NCBI GenBank assembly: GCA_963667755.2
Contig: CAXXLK010000004.1
Coordinates: forward strand, 839,739-903,738
DNA: 64,000 bases
From: Desulfobacterales bacterium
GTDB lineage: Bacteria > Desulfobacterota > Desulfobacteria > Desulfobacterales > 4572-123
Reading direction: 5' to 3'
Under the pieces are notes generated by a model. That model saw only the letters and a program-made list of their open reading frames with translations, was not told where the DNA came from and ran no database searches. The position numbers and the translations under genes were made by a program. Of the stretch, positions 1 to 11,210 are shown piece after piece (position 1 is the stretch's first letter; each line of letters opens with the position of its first letter).

Positions 1-62
1 CCGAAGCGATAGACAAACGCATCGAAGCTATCAAAAAGGTCTTGACGGCTGAAGGCCTTTAA
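1..62 (+). CDS. 3' end of an upstream gene (EAIDKRIEAIKKVLTAEGL*), possibly KdnA-type aminotransferase
   Basis: Open frame from the window edge to TAA at 60-62. Identity is guessed only from kdnA normally preceding kdnB. Confidence 0.4.
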   Translation, partial: EAIDKRIEAIKKVLTAEGL

Positions 63-76
63 TTCAATTTTATTAA

Positions 77-1156
<1,080 letters not shown>

Positions 1157-1178
1157 CCATGCCTTATGAGGGAAACAT

Positions 1179-4100
1179 ATGAATACTGTTCACTGCACAG
1201 TTGTTTTTTTAAAACGATTGGTCGACCGGTTGCGATCATTCCTCCCAGGGGGTATTTATTGGGGCAGATCTCTTGCCCATGCCCCCCGGGGGTCCCTTGT
1301 GTTTTTCCCTTACCGCAACGCCACCTTTTGCTGCGGGCTGGCCGGAATCGTATCCTTTAAGCCACCCAAAGACCGGGTGCCGCCCACCATTGATGTGGAT
1401 GCGATGCTGGCCATGACAGCCACCATCAAAAGCCAGGTGTTGAAAACCGTTTCATCCGATTCCCGGGACTTTGCATCTGACTATCTCGGCGGCCAGGCCC
1501 TTGTTACTGATTTTTCTGAAAAAGTACAGGCCCTGAAAGAAGATGAACAATTTTCAAAAATCTATTTTAATCATTCGTTGCAGTCCCGGTTAAACAGCAT
1601 TGCCGACCAACTGACCGCCGTCGTCGACTCGGAATCCCTTCATATAGCAGCGGTTTCAGGCCATGTCGACACCCACCGGTTTGCGGTCATGTCCCGGCAG
1701 ATGGAAATGCTCAAGGATATCGCATGGTGCCTCCGATTCGAGCTGCTGAATAATATTAAAAAAGTGCGCCATCTGACAGCAGGGGCCACCGACGACCCGT
1801 CCATGGAAACCGTTGCCATATTAAAAAAAATAAATGCCGTCCTTAACAGTATTGACCGTCTTGAAGTGAGAGGCCGGGATTCGGCCGGATTCTCCCTTTT
1901 GTTTGTTATGGCCCCCCAGGAATTCGATCTGTTTCAGATAGCCCTTGGGAAAAAAAAGCTCGTTGAACCACTGGCCGATCGCATGGCCGAATCCGTTTTG
2001 GTCAACAACAGCATCCGTATTCAAAAAAGGGCCGGCCAGAATGTCTCCATTGCATTTGTCTACAAAATTGCCGCGGAAATCGGCTGTCTGGGCGACAATG
2101 TTATCCATCTGCGCTGGCAGATCTCCAACGATCCGATTCTTCAGACCCTGCTCGGGTTTACCCACCGGTATCATACCGTCTCATCCCATACCCGCTGGGC
2201 ATCCGTGGGTGCCATTACCGAACCCAACTGCCATCCGGTGGATAATATCACCACCGGGGACCTGGGCGATCCAGGCGGCATTATCCATATCTGCCTTAAC
2301 GGGGATATTGATAATTTCCCTGATCTCAAGCTGGAATATGAACAAAATGGCGGTGTTATTGATAGGCAAATCACCACAGACACCAAGATTATCCCCCTGC
2401 AGATCGAAAAGTACATCAAAATGGGCAACTGTGTGGAAGAGGCCTTCCGACTGGCGGTCAATGATTTCAAGGGATCCCACGCCATATCCATGCATACGGA
2501 TCTTGCCCCCGGCAAATTTTTCCTGGCCCAGCGGGGCAGCGGCCAGGCGATTTTCGTGGGTCTGGCCCGAAACCATTACATGCCTGCATCGGAAGTCTAT
2601 GGTTTTATTGAAGAAACGTCTGATTATCTGAAAATGGACGGCGAAAAAATCATCACCGGCAAAAAGGGCCCGACCCAGGGCCAGATTTTTATTTTAGACC
2701 AGGATTCAACCGGAGGGATCAGCGCCATTCAGGCCATGTTCTATGACAAAACGGTTATACCCCTCGGTGATGATGATATCAAGCACACCGATATCACTTC
2801 CCGGGATATCGATCGCAGGGAGTTTCCCCACTATTTTTTAAAAGAAATATCAGAGTCGCCGCGATGCGTTGCGCAGACGTTGGAAAACCGCTGGAAAATC
2901 AGCAAATCAGATCCTGGCAGACACCTGATCGCCCTTGATGAAACGGTGATCCCCCCGGCACTTGCAGACGCGTTGGCCCAAAACCGGATTAAACGTATAT
3001 TTTTTATCGGGCAGGGCACCGCCGGTGTTGCCGCCCAGGTGTGCAGCGATATTCTATGCCATTATATGGCCGATCCGTCCATCCAGGTTACGGCTTTCAA
3101 GGCCTCCGAGCTCAGCGGCTTTAAACTGGGAAACGATTCCAAAACGGGTATGGCAGATGCCCTGGTGATCGCCATCAGCCAGTCCGGCACCACCACCGAC
3201 ACCAATCGTACCGTGGATATGGTTCGTGAACGGGGCGCCCATACCCTGGCCATTGTCAACCGCAGGGACAGTGATATCACCTTCAAGGTCGACGGCATCC
3301 TCTACACCAGCAGCGGCCGTGACATCGAGATGTCCGTGGCCTCCACCAAAGCGTTTTATTCCCAGATCATCGCCGGTGCTCTGCTGAGCCTGTTCATTGC
3401 GGACATCAAAGGGTGCCGGACGGCTGATTTCATATCCCGGGAGATTGAAAAGCTGATCAAAATCCCGTCCCAGATGCGCCAGGTACTGGCGTTGAAGGAC
3501 AAAATCAGGACGTCCGCCCAGCGGCATGCCACCGATAAAACATACTGGGCCGCCGTGGGCAGCGGCCCCAACAAGGCCTCGGCCGATGAAATCCGGATCA
3601 AACTCAGTGAATTGTGCTACAAGACAATTTCGTCGGACTTTATCGAAGACAAAAAGCATATTGATTTGTCATCCGAACCGCTGATCATCATCTGCGCCGC
3701 CGGGGCCGGTGATACCGTTATCGGCGATATTATCAAGGACACGGCCATTTTTCAGGCCCACAAGGCAACCCCCATTGTCATCGCCGATGAAGGGGAGAAC
3801 CGGTTTACACCCTATGCCGCCGATCTGTTTCAAGTCCCGCGCATCAGCCCGCATCTATCGCCGATCCTGAATACCCTTGCCGGACATATCTGGGGATATT
3901 ATGCGGCCCTGGCCATTAACGATAATTCGCGTTTTCTCCACCAGTTCCGGGAAGAAATTCAAAAAAACCTGGACGACTATGCCACACAGGGGCTGAATGT
4001 TTACGAAGTTATTCTCGAAAAATCATTTCGAGAAAAATTTGTCCGGTTTTACAAGGAATTCAGGCTTAAAATCGCCCAGAAACAGTTTCCCACCGCCATA

Positions 4101-4928
4101 GCCCCCACAACCGATCTTATTTTGCTGCTCAAATATCTTGCCGGTCGCCTTCCCGTGGCGGATTTCGAGCTTGATTTCAACAAAAAGGGCACAGCCCTGA
4201 ATATGATTGATGCATTGTTTGAATACCTGGGCAAAGCCATCAATAAAACGGCCCGGCCCATCGACGCCATCAAACACCAGGCCAAAACCGTTACGGTGGG
4301 GACCAGTCGCATCAGCACCGCCATTGACGGTATCCTGTTTGACGCCCTGAGCGCCCACGACCTGACCGTCTCCCAGCTTGCCAACCGGAACGTGATCGTA
4401 CTGAAAAATCTTCAGGCCGTGGTGGAACGTATTCAGGGGGGCATCCTGTATAAGATCGGGGGGCTGAATTCGCTGGGAGAACTCACCGATGATACCACCA
4501 TTGAGGTAAAGAAGAAATCCGGTGTATTAAAACCCATTCCGTCACGGGTTGAAACCGATACCCACCTCAAGGGAACCAAAAGAATCATCATAAAAGACGG
4601 TAACGTCTATATCGGCAAGGGCCGCAAGGATAACCGCAGCATCATCGTTATCCCGGTGATGTCCGCCATACCCGATACCGCCAATATGATTGAGTACCTG
4701 CTGCTGCTGAATATCGCCCTTAAAGAAAATATCCCGCTGACCGCAAGGATAAAAGCCCTGGGGGGAAAATATGATCATATCAAAAATCTGGTACAGGAAA
4801 ACTCCATCGCCTGGGAAGACCGTCTGCTGGATGCCATTGCCACAGACCAGCTTTTTGGCAAATCCGCTGAAAAGATAGCAGAGACAATTGTCTCCGGACT
4901 GACCCCCGGTTCATCCCTCAACACATAA
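1179..4928 (+). CDS. Very large GlmS-like glutamine amidotransferase/SIS-domain protein (1249 aa)
   Basis: CGLAG, LEVRGRDSAG, HTRWAS, NCHP, LNGDIDN, TDTK (GATase-2); ISQSGTT, VASTKAF, IKLSELCY, KKH, AKTVTV (SIS/isomerase). Large insertions and extensions. Confidence 0.85.
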   Translation: MNTVHCTVVFLKRLVDRLRSFLPGGIYWGRSLAHAPRGSLVFFPYRNATFCCGLAGIVSFKPPKDRVPPTIDVDAMLAMTATIKSQVLKTVSSDSRDFASDYLGGQALVTDFSEKVQALKEDEQFSKIYFNHSLQSRLNSIADQLTAVVDSESLHIAAVSGHVDTHRFAVMSRQMEMLKDIAWCLRFELLNNIKKVRHLTAGATDDPSMETVAILKKINAVLNSIDRLEVRGRDSAGFSLLFVMAPQEFDLFQIALGKKKLVEPLADRMAESVLVNNSIRIQKRAGQNVSIAFVYKIAAEIGCLGDNVIHLRWQISNDPILQTLLGFTHRYHTVSSHTRWASVGAITEPNCHPVDNITTGDLGDPGGIIHICLNGDIDNFPDLKLEYEQNGGVIDRQITTDTKIIPLQIEKYIKMGNCVEEAFRLAVNDFKGSHAISMHTDLAPGKFFLAQRGSGQAIFVGLARNHYMPASEVYGFIEETSDYLKMDGEKIITGKKGPTQGQIFILDQDSTGGISAIQAMFYDKTVIPLGDDDIKHTDITSRDIDRREFPHYFLKEISESPRCVAQTLENRWKISKSDPGRHLIALDETVIPPALADALAQNRIKRIFFIGQGTAGVAAQVCSDILCHYMADPSIQVTAFKASELSGFKLGNDSKTGMADALVIAISQSGTTTDTNRTVDMVRERGAHTLAIVNRRDSDITFKVDGILYTSSGRDIEMSVASTKAFYSQIIAGALLSLFIADIKGCRTADFISREIEKLIKIPSQMRQVLALKDKIRTSAQRHATDKTYWAAVGSGPNKASADEIRIKLSELCYKTISSDFIEDKKHIDLSSEPLIIICAAGAGDTVIGDIIKDTAIFQAHKATPIVIADEGENRFTPYAADLFQVPRISPHLSPILNTLAGHIWGYYAALAINDNSRFLHQFREEIQKNLDDYATQGLNVYEVILEKSFREKFVRFYKEFRLKIAQKQFPTAIAPTTDLILLLKYLAGRLPVADFELDFNKKGTALNMIDALFEYLGKAINKTARPIDAIKHQAKTVTVGTSRISTAIDGILFDALSAHDLTVSQLANRNVIVLKNLQAVVERIQGGILYKIGGLNSLGELTDDTTIEVKKKSGVLKPIPSRVETDTHLKGTKRIIIKDGNVYIGKGRKDNRSIIVIPVMSAIPDTANMIEYLLLLNIALKENIPLTARIKALGGKYDHIKNLVQENSIAWEDRLLDAIATDQLFGKSAEKIAETIVSGLTPGSSLNT

Positions 4929-4988
4929 CCGGTTCACGCCTCACTTTTAGTATCTTGATACTGAAATTCGTGTTTTATATGTCAAAAA

Positions 4989-5195
4989 AAATAACAATAA
5001 TCAAAAGACAAATTACAAACAAATCACAATGATTAAAATTCCAAAACAGGGAGAAATCAAAATACACAGCAATTCAAGACTATATGGGATTAATCAAATG
5101 GCTTTTGATCTTGTTTGAGATTTGAACATTGTAATTTGGAATTTGTTTGGCATTTGGAGTTTGTAATTTGTGATTTCCGGTTTATCCGGGTTAGG
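4989..5195. repeat. Heptamer-repeat inverted-repeat element (AAATNNC units / GNNATTT units)
   Basis: Left arm aaataac-aataatc-aaaagac-aaattac-aaac-aaatcac (4989-5048). The reverse complement of 5113-5176 is aaatcac-aaattac-aaactcc-aaatgcc-aaac-aaattcc-aaattac. Ends with tccggtttatccgggttagg. Confidence 0.7.
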
Positions 5196-5205
5196 GGACG
5201 CCATC

Positions 5206-6675
5206 ATGCTGAAATTACAATCCGTTAATTTAAAAAAAGACCGCATGGAAACACTGGTCATTCCGGTTTGTGAAGACCGGCAACTTCATGAAAACAAAAC
5301 CATTAAAGCGCTCATTGCCGAGGCTGAAAAATTTCAAGAGTTTGCCGGGGAAAAAAAAGATGAAATCATTTTTTATTCTTTTCCCGAAATCAACACCGGG
5401 CATATTCTGTTCCTGGGGATTGGTAAATTTAAAGACCTCACAACCGGCACCCTGCGGGAAGTGTCCGGCAGGGCCGTAAAAAAATGCATTAAAATAAAAC
5501 GGGAAAGCTGTCATATCGCGGTTCCTTCGGCCAGAAAAACGGGGCTTCAGGCGGACCTGATGCTGGAAGCCATGCTGGAGGGGGCCTGTCTTGGCAACCA
5601 TATCTTTGATCACTATAAATATAAAAAAAAAGAAGCGCCCCTAAAGGAGATGACCCTGATCGCAGGGCCTTCAACAGTAAAAAAATTCAGCCATCTCCCC
5701 TTTCAGGTGTCGGCTGCATGTGCCGGCACCATTCTGGCCCGGGAGTGGGTCAGCACCCCGTCCAATGACAAAACACCGGCAAAATTCGCCAAATCCATTA
5801 TGGAAAAGGCCGGGGCAACCCATTTGAAAATAAGTGTGCTGGATGAAAAAGAACTAACACGGAAAAAATTTGGCGCATTGCTGGCGGTGGCCGCCGGCAG
5901 CCAGAACCCACCGCGGTTGATGATACTGGAACATAACCCCGAAGGCGCCACCAAAACCATTGCCTTGGTCGGCAAGGGCGTCACGTTTGACTCGGGTGGT
6001 ATTAATCTGAAACCCTCCGGATCACTGGACGGCATGAAGATGGATATGGCCGGTGCCGCTGCAGTGGCCGCCACCCTGATTGCCGCATCAAAACTGGACC
6101 TTGACCTCCATATTGTCGGTGTTCTCCCGCTGGTGGAAAACATGCCTTCCGGCAGCGCGACCCGCCCCGGCGATATCGTATTGACCTACGCCGGTAAAAC
6201 CGTGGAAATCGGAAATACCGATGCCGAAGGCCGCCTGATTCTCGCGGATGCCATGGCATATGCCATTGAAACCTTCAAGCCCCGGGTAGTGGTGGACATG
6301 GCCACCCTCACCGGCGCCTGTGTGGTGGCGCTGGGTGAAAAGATTGCCGGCGTTTTTTCACCGGACAAAGCACTGGCCGGCGCCATTGTCGAATCCGGCA
6401 AAAAAACAGGCGAACGCTGCTGGCACCTGCCGTTGCCCGAAGATTACAGGGAACTGCTCAAAAGCGACCTGGCCGACTTGAACAACATGAGTAGCTCACG
6501 CTGGGGCGGCGCCATCACGGCAGCCCTGTTTTTATCTGAATTTACCGGGGACACACCCTGGGTCCATATTGATATTGCCGGACCGACGCTGATCAAAAAA
6601 CCCGATGCCTGCTGCACGGCCGGCGGAACCGGTTTTGGCGTGCGGCTGCTTCTGGACTGGCTGAAAAGCCTATAG
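5206..6675 (+). CDS. pepA: Leucyl aminopeptidase (M17)
   Basis: VGKGVTFDSGG, MKMDMAG, NTDAEGRL, DMATLTG, HIDIAG motifs. ATG 5206 follows aggggacg. Ends in TAG. Confidence 0.95.
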   Translation: MLKLQSVNLKKDRMETLVIPVCEDRQLHENKTIKALIAEAEKFQEFAGEKKDEIIFYSFPEINTGHILFLGIGKFKDLTTGTLREVSGRAVKKCIKIKRESCHIAVPSARKTGLQADLMLEAMLEGACLGNHIFDHYKYKKKEAPLKEMTLIAGPSTVKKFSHLPFQVSAACAGTILAREWVSTPSNDKTPAKFAKSIMEKAGATHLKISVLDEKELTRKKFGALLAVAAGSQNPPRLMILEHNPEGATKTIALVGKGVTFDSGGINLKPSGSLDGMKMDMAGAAAVAATLIAASKLDLDLHIVGVLPLVENMPSGSATRPGDIVLTYAGKTVEIGNTDAEGRLILADAMAYAIETFKPRVVVDMATLTGACVVALGEKIAGVFSPDKALAGAIVESGKKTGERCWHLPLPEDYRELLKSDLADLNNMSSSRWGGAITAALFLSEFTGDTPWVHIDIAGPTLIKKPDACCTAGGTGFGVRLLLDWLKSL

Positions 6676-6698
6676 CGAAGACTTTAGATATTTATGAC

Positions 6699-7382
6699 AT
6701 GACGATGACTGCTGGAATGCCATCCCATCCCATCCTATTTATCGGCAACAGCCATACCTATCTGCATCACATGCCCTGGATGCTCGAACAACTTGCCGAA
6801 GCCGCCGGGCATCAAAAAAAACTGCGAACAAAGCAGGTTACCGGCAAGGGCGCCAGCCTGGAATGGCACTGGCATCAACAGGTCACCCACGACACAATAG
6901 CCGCTGAAACATGGCGTCATGTAATCCTTCAGGAGCGAAGCGGCGGCCCCCTTGAAGACCCGGGTGCCATGCAGAAATATGCCCGTCTGTTTGATGCCAA
7001 AATCAAAAAACAGGGTGCCGGAACAATTTTTTACATGACCTGGGCCAGACGCGATTGCCCCAACAGCCAGAACATTATCAGCCAGGCCTATTCCGTGGCG
7101 GCAAAGGCCACCGGCGGGCTGTTGGCGCCAGTGGGAATTGCCTGGGAAAATGCCTTGAAAACAGACCCTGATCTGAGGCTGCACCATACCGATAATCGCC
7201 ATGCCAACCCGGCGGGTGCCTATTTAAACGCCTGTGTTTTTTTTACACTTATCTGCCAGGCCGACCCACGGGGGCTTCCGGGAACTCTGTATCGGAACCA
7301 CCGATGCCTTATTGAACTGGAAACAGACCTGGCCGGATGTTTACAAAAAACAGCCTTTGAAACGGTTAACAAAGGTTGCTAA
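6699..7382 (+). CDS. SGNH/GDSL hydrolase-like protein (DUF4886-like)
   Basis: ILFIGNSHT block I, LQE, APVG.AW and DNRH (DxxH) block V. Confidence 0.7.
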   Translation: MTMTAGMPSHPILFIGNSHTYLHHMPWMLEQLAEAAGHQKKLRTKQVTGKGASLEWHWHQQVTHDTIAAETWRHVILQERSGGPLEDPGAMQKYARLFDAKIKKQGAGTIFYMTWARRDCPNSQNIISQAYSVAAKATGGLLAPVGIAWENALKTDPDLRLHHTDNRHANPAGAYLNACVFFTLICQADPRGLPGTLYRNHRCLIELETDLAGCLQKTAFETVNKGC

Positions 7383-7388
7383 AACTAT

Positions 7389-7820
7389 TCAGTTGCTAAC
7401 CGTTGTATGATTATTTAAATAATACGCCAACTGGGTGGCCTGATCTTGCTTGAGAGGACCGAATTTGACGCTGCAGCGCCAGTTTGAAATGGATTCTTTG
7501 GGGAGTTCATGGGGCATTCTGATATCCGAGACAACCTTGAAGGGTACTTTTTCAAGGTAAAAACCGCATTCTGCCAGAAGAATTTCCAGCCCCAGTGATT
7601 GTCTGGGGTGTTGTTTGGTCTCCAGATATGAAAATGAAAGCCCGCCTTTGCTGATATCGATAACCCTTCCTATGCGGACAGGCTTGGACCGAAATACCGC
7701 CATGGCAACTTCGGCCATACTCTTGCGGCAGATCGGTCCAAGATCTGCCGGCCGTGATCTCAAAACCGAAAAGGTGTTTTTATTCGCGCGATACCGTTTA
7801 TATTTTCTTCTTTCAGCCAT
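7389..7820 (-). CDS. PilZ-domain (c-di-GMP-binding) protein
   Basis: ERRKYKR (RxxxR) and DISKGG (DxSxxG) motifs. Confidence 0.8.
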   Translation of the reverse strand: MAERRKYKRYRANKNTFSVLRSRPADLGPICRKSMAEVAMAVFRSKPVRIGRVIDISKGGLSFSYLETKQHPRQSLGLEILLAECGFYLEKVPFKVVSDIRMPHELPKESISNWRCSVKFGPLKQDQATQLAYYLNNHTTVSN

Positions 7821-8035
7821 TTTAGATTATTTTTATAAAAAATCGGGTACAGATAAAAGGTCTGGGGGGGTATTTTTTAGTCAAACGAATACAAAAATAA
7901 CACGGTTGGAAAAGCAAAATAGCAGGCCTTTGTTAAAGCCTTTACAGCACTCTGGAGTACCGGAATACAGTCGCTTTAAATCAAGTATTAGACAACATTA
8001 AACTAACCATCAAATTATCATTTGTCAAATACCGG

Positions 8036-8635
8036 TCAGCCATCAGAACCCACCGTCCATTTTGTTTCAAAGCTGTTTTTTGTAACAGCAGCGATATGAC
8101 CATCAAAAAAAAAATGCTCAACATCCCACTGCGTCTCCCTGCATACGATGGACAGATGTGTTGGGTCCAGGATACGATCCACCCGGCATTTTAAAAGATC
8201 CCGCAGACCGGTTCCCATCGCCTTGATTACCGCTTCCTTGGCCGTCCAGTAGCGAAAAAAAAGTTCAAAAGAGAGACTGCCCGGGGCAAGGCGCCATTCT
8301 TCATCGACAGCGGTTCTTTTAAACAGGCCGGGCGAACACGGCCGAATCTTCTCAACATCGATGCCCACATCTGCCACGGCAGCCACGCCGGCGACATATT
8401 CCGGTTTGTGGGCCACTGACCAGTAAATCCCGTCACTGGGCAATGGCGCACCATCTTCATTTTTCAGAAATTCTCTTACCGTCAGCCCACCCTTGCGGGC
8501 TGAGCGTTTCAAGGCGGATCGGGCAAGGCGACTTAAATTCTGAACCTGCTGCCGGCCACTTAATTTTTGCGTTTCTTCGTCGACACGTAAAATTACGGGA
8601 TATAAGGTGGTGTTTTGGCTGGTTCGCATTGACAA
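8036..8635 (-). CDS. 4'-phosphopantetheinyl transferase (Sfp-like); start may be ATG 8629
   Basis: WSVAH, VGIDVEK and FFRYWTAKEAVIKAMGTG motifs. Confidence 0.85.
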   Translation of the reverse strand: MSMRTSQNTTLYPVILRVDEETQKLSGRQQVQNLSRLARSALKRSARKGGLTVREFLKNEDGAPLPSDGIYWSVAHKPEYVAGVAAVADVGIDVEKIRPCSPGLFKRTAVDEEWRLAPGSLSFELFFRYWTAKEAVIKAMGTGLRDLLKCRVDRILDPTHLSIVCRETQWDVEHFFFDGHIAAVTKNSFETKWTVGSDG

Positions 8636-8669
8636 TTATCCAAATTAAAAACTTGGCTTTTTGAGGACT

Positions 8670-8698
8670 GCCGGGTGGGGTTGTTTACCACCCGGCAA
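8670..8698 (-). terminator. Hairpin downstream of the acyl-CoA synthetase gene
   Basis: tgccgggtgg ... ccacccggca 10-bp inverted repeat; no clear U-tract. Confidence 0.4.
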
Positions 8699-8730
8699 GC
8701 CCCGCTTCATCTGTTTAACGATATTTCAAA

Positions 8731-10881
8731 TCACTCCGTTGCCTTTAAAATAATCCGGCAGTCTGCAACGGTGGCCCCACACCCCTCCTCGTGAACCAGC
8801 ATGGGATTGATATCCATTTCCATGATCTCCGGATTGTCCATAACCATATCGGAAATGCTCACCAGGGTTTTTTCGATAATTTCAACATCGGCTTTGGGTT
8901 TGCCCCGGAAGCCGCGCAACAGCTTGTATCCCTTTATTTTCTGCATCATTCTGCGGGCTTCATTTCTACCGATGGGGGCCAGGCGGAACTCCACATCCCT
9001 GAAAACTTCCACAAAAATACCCCCCAGGCCGAACATCAGCAGCGGCCCGAAAACCGGATAGCGATTTACCCCCAGAATGATCTCTTCCCCCGGCGTTGCC
9101 ATCTTCACCACCAGAACCCCGTCGATAACCGCCTTGGGATCATACGCCCTGGCATTGGCGATAATCTGATCATAGGCCTTTTGGACTTCCCCATCGGACT
9201 TAAGGCCCACCATTACACCCTTGGCATCGGATTTATGGAGAATCTGGGCCGATGCAATTTTCATGACCACAGGGTATTTCATATCCGATGCGAGGGCAAT
9301 CGCCTCTTCAGCGGTCTTGGCCAGTTTCGTGGGCAGCACATTCATCCCGTAGCATTTCAACAACTCAACCCCATCTAATTCACCCAGACGGGTTTTTCCC
9401 GCGGCAAGACACCCTTTGATAACTTCGGCCGCCCGCTTTTTATCATGCTTTAATTTATACTGGGCCAGGTGCTGGCGGTTCAGCCATTTGGAGAAACGGA
9501 ACAATGCGGCAAAGGATTTGGCCGCATTTTCGGGGAACTTATACACCGGATAACCATATTCCTGAAGGTATTTCACCCCGGCCGACACATCGACAATACC
9601 CATGAAACAGCTCAAAATGGGCTTGGAGGACCGTCTGGCAATCTTGACAATGGCCTTGGCGGTGCCCTTGACATCGGTCATGGACTGGGGTGTCAGGATC
9701 ACCAGTGCCCCATCCACCCCATCGTCATTGATAACGGCCGCAAGGGCATTTTCATAGCGGTCATAGTCGGCATCCCCGATGACATCCACCGGATTATGGA
9801 TATTGGCTGCCGCCGGCAGATGGCTGGCCAGAACTTCAATGGTTTCGCCACTGAATTTGGCCAGTTCCAGTCCTGATGACATGGTCATATCCGTTGCCAG
9901 AATGCCGGGACCGCCGGCATTGGTGACAATGGCCACCCGATTTCCGGCAGGCATTTTCCGAACCATTTTACCTAGCGCACTTTCTTTTTTACATGCAAAG
10001 GCATTGGCAAAATCAAACAGTTCATCGATGGTGTCCACCCGAATGATACCGGCCTGCTGAAAAATGGCATCGTACACCGCTTCCGATCCGGCCAGGGCGC
10101 CTGTGTGCGATGCCGCGGCTTTTGCCCCGGCACTGGTTCGGCCGGACTTGATGGCCAGTATGGGGGTGGGCCGGTCTCCCGAGGTGATCTTTTTTACGGC
10201 CTCGATAAATTCCGGCCCCCGCCCCAGGGCTTCCTGATAAATCATGATAACATCCGTATCCATATCTTCATGGAAGTATCGCAACAGGTCCAGCTCATCC
10301 ACGTCGGCCTTGTTACCGATGGAGATAAATTTTGAAAACCCGAAATCACGATCCGCGGCAAAATCAAGAACCGCCGTGCACAGGGCACCGCTTTGAGAAA
10401 TAAAAGAGATATGCCCTGCCTGGGGCATCCTGGATGAAAAACTGGCATTCATCCGAACCCCGGCAAGCGGGTTGATTACCCCCAGACAGTTGGGCCCCAC
10501 CAGACGAACCCCCGCCGCCTTGCACATGGCGATGAGTTTGTCTTCCATCTCCACTCCTTCTCCGCCTACTTCACGAAAACCGGCGCTGACGATGACAATG
10601 CCCTTGACCCCTTTTTCAATGGCCTGGGCCACGGATGTCAGGGCCAGTTTAGGCGGCAGAATAATAATCGCCAGTTCCACAGGATCCGGTATGTCCATAA
10701 TCGTTTTATAGGCCTTTACACAGAGTATGGATTTGGATCCCGGGTTTACGGGAAACAGCGTTCCGGTATACCCCCCCTTGAGAATATTGGCAAAAATATC
10801 ATGCCCGACTTTTCCCGGTGTTGCCGAAGCACCGACAACGGCAATGGACTGTGGCGAAAAAATGGCATCGAGTCTTTCCAT
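8731..10881 (-). CDS. ADP-forming acetate/acyl-CoA ligase, fused alpha-beta (AcdAB type)
   Basis: AVVGAS, GPNCLG, SQSGA, catalytic SHTGAL, TNAGGPG, NPVD, ATP-grasp HKSD and MDINP. No C-terminal GNAT domain. Confidence 0.9.
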   Translation of the reverse strand: MERLDAIFSPQSIAVVGASATPGKVGHDIFANILKGGYTGTLFPVNPGSKSILCVKAYKTIMDIPDPVELAIIILPPKLALTSVAQAIEKGVKGIVIVSAGFREVGGEGVEMEDKLIAMCKAAGVRLVGPNCLGVINPLAGVRMNASFSSRMPQAGHISFISQSGALCTAVLDFAADRDFGFSKFISIGNKADVDELDLLRYFHEDMDTDVIMIYQEALGRGPEFIEAVKKITSGDRPTPILAIKSGRTSAGAKAAASHTGALAGSEAVYDAIFQQAGIIRVDTIDELFDFANAFACKKESALGKMVRKMPAGNRVAIVTNAGGPGILATDMTMSSGLELAKFSGETIEVLASHLPAAANIHNPVDVIGDADYDRYENALAAVINDDGVDGALVILTPQSMTDVKGTAKAIVKIARRSSKPILSCFMGIVDVSAGVKYLQEYGYPVYKFPENAAKSFAALFRFSKWLNRQHLAQYKLKHDKKRAAEVIKGCLAAGKTRLGELDGVELLKCYGMNVLPTKLAKTAEEAIALASDMKYPVVMKIASAQILHKSDAKGVMVGLKSDGEVQKAYDQIIANARAYDPKAVIDGVLVVKMATPGEEIILGVNRYPVFGPLLMFGLGGIFVEVFRDVEFRLAPIGRNEARRMMQKIKGYKLLRGFRGKPKADVEIIEKTLVSISDMVMDNPEIMEMDINPMLVHEEGCGATVADCRIILKATE

Positions 10882-10952
10882 ATGATGAGCTCCTTGTTTT
10901 TAAATTTAATTTCAGATACGCCAATAGCTGCCTTAAAGCAGACATCCAGTAA

Positions 10953-10969
10953 AGCAAATTGCAGGCCAG
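10953..10969 (-). promoter_or_regulatory. Putative sigma-54 promoter for the acyl-CoA synthetase gene
   Basis: Minus strand CTGGCCTG-CAAT-TTGCT fits the -24/-12 consensus. An AT-rich tract and a gtgtcaa direct repeat lie upstream (about 11095-11120). Confidence 0.5.
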
Positions 10970-11210
10970 CGCAAACTATTTTTATAATTTTTTTATTTTA
11001 TTGATATTTCAAGCGGTTGAAGAAATACGGGCGAGCGGTCTCAACTTTTGTGTGCCAAATGTCATATTTTTTTATACAGGGTGTAAACCAGGTGGTGTCA
11101 ATGATACAAAAGTGTCAACAACGGACGCATTCATCATTTATCAGTTGATTTGCCGTTTACATCAACGCCGGACAAGCCACAGGACAAAACAAAAAAGGTG
11201 CCCGGGCTGT

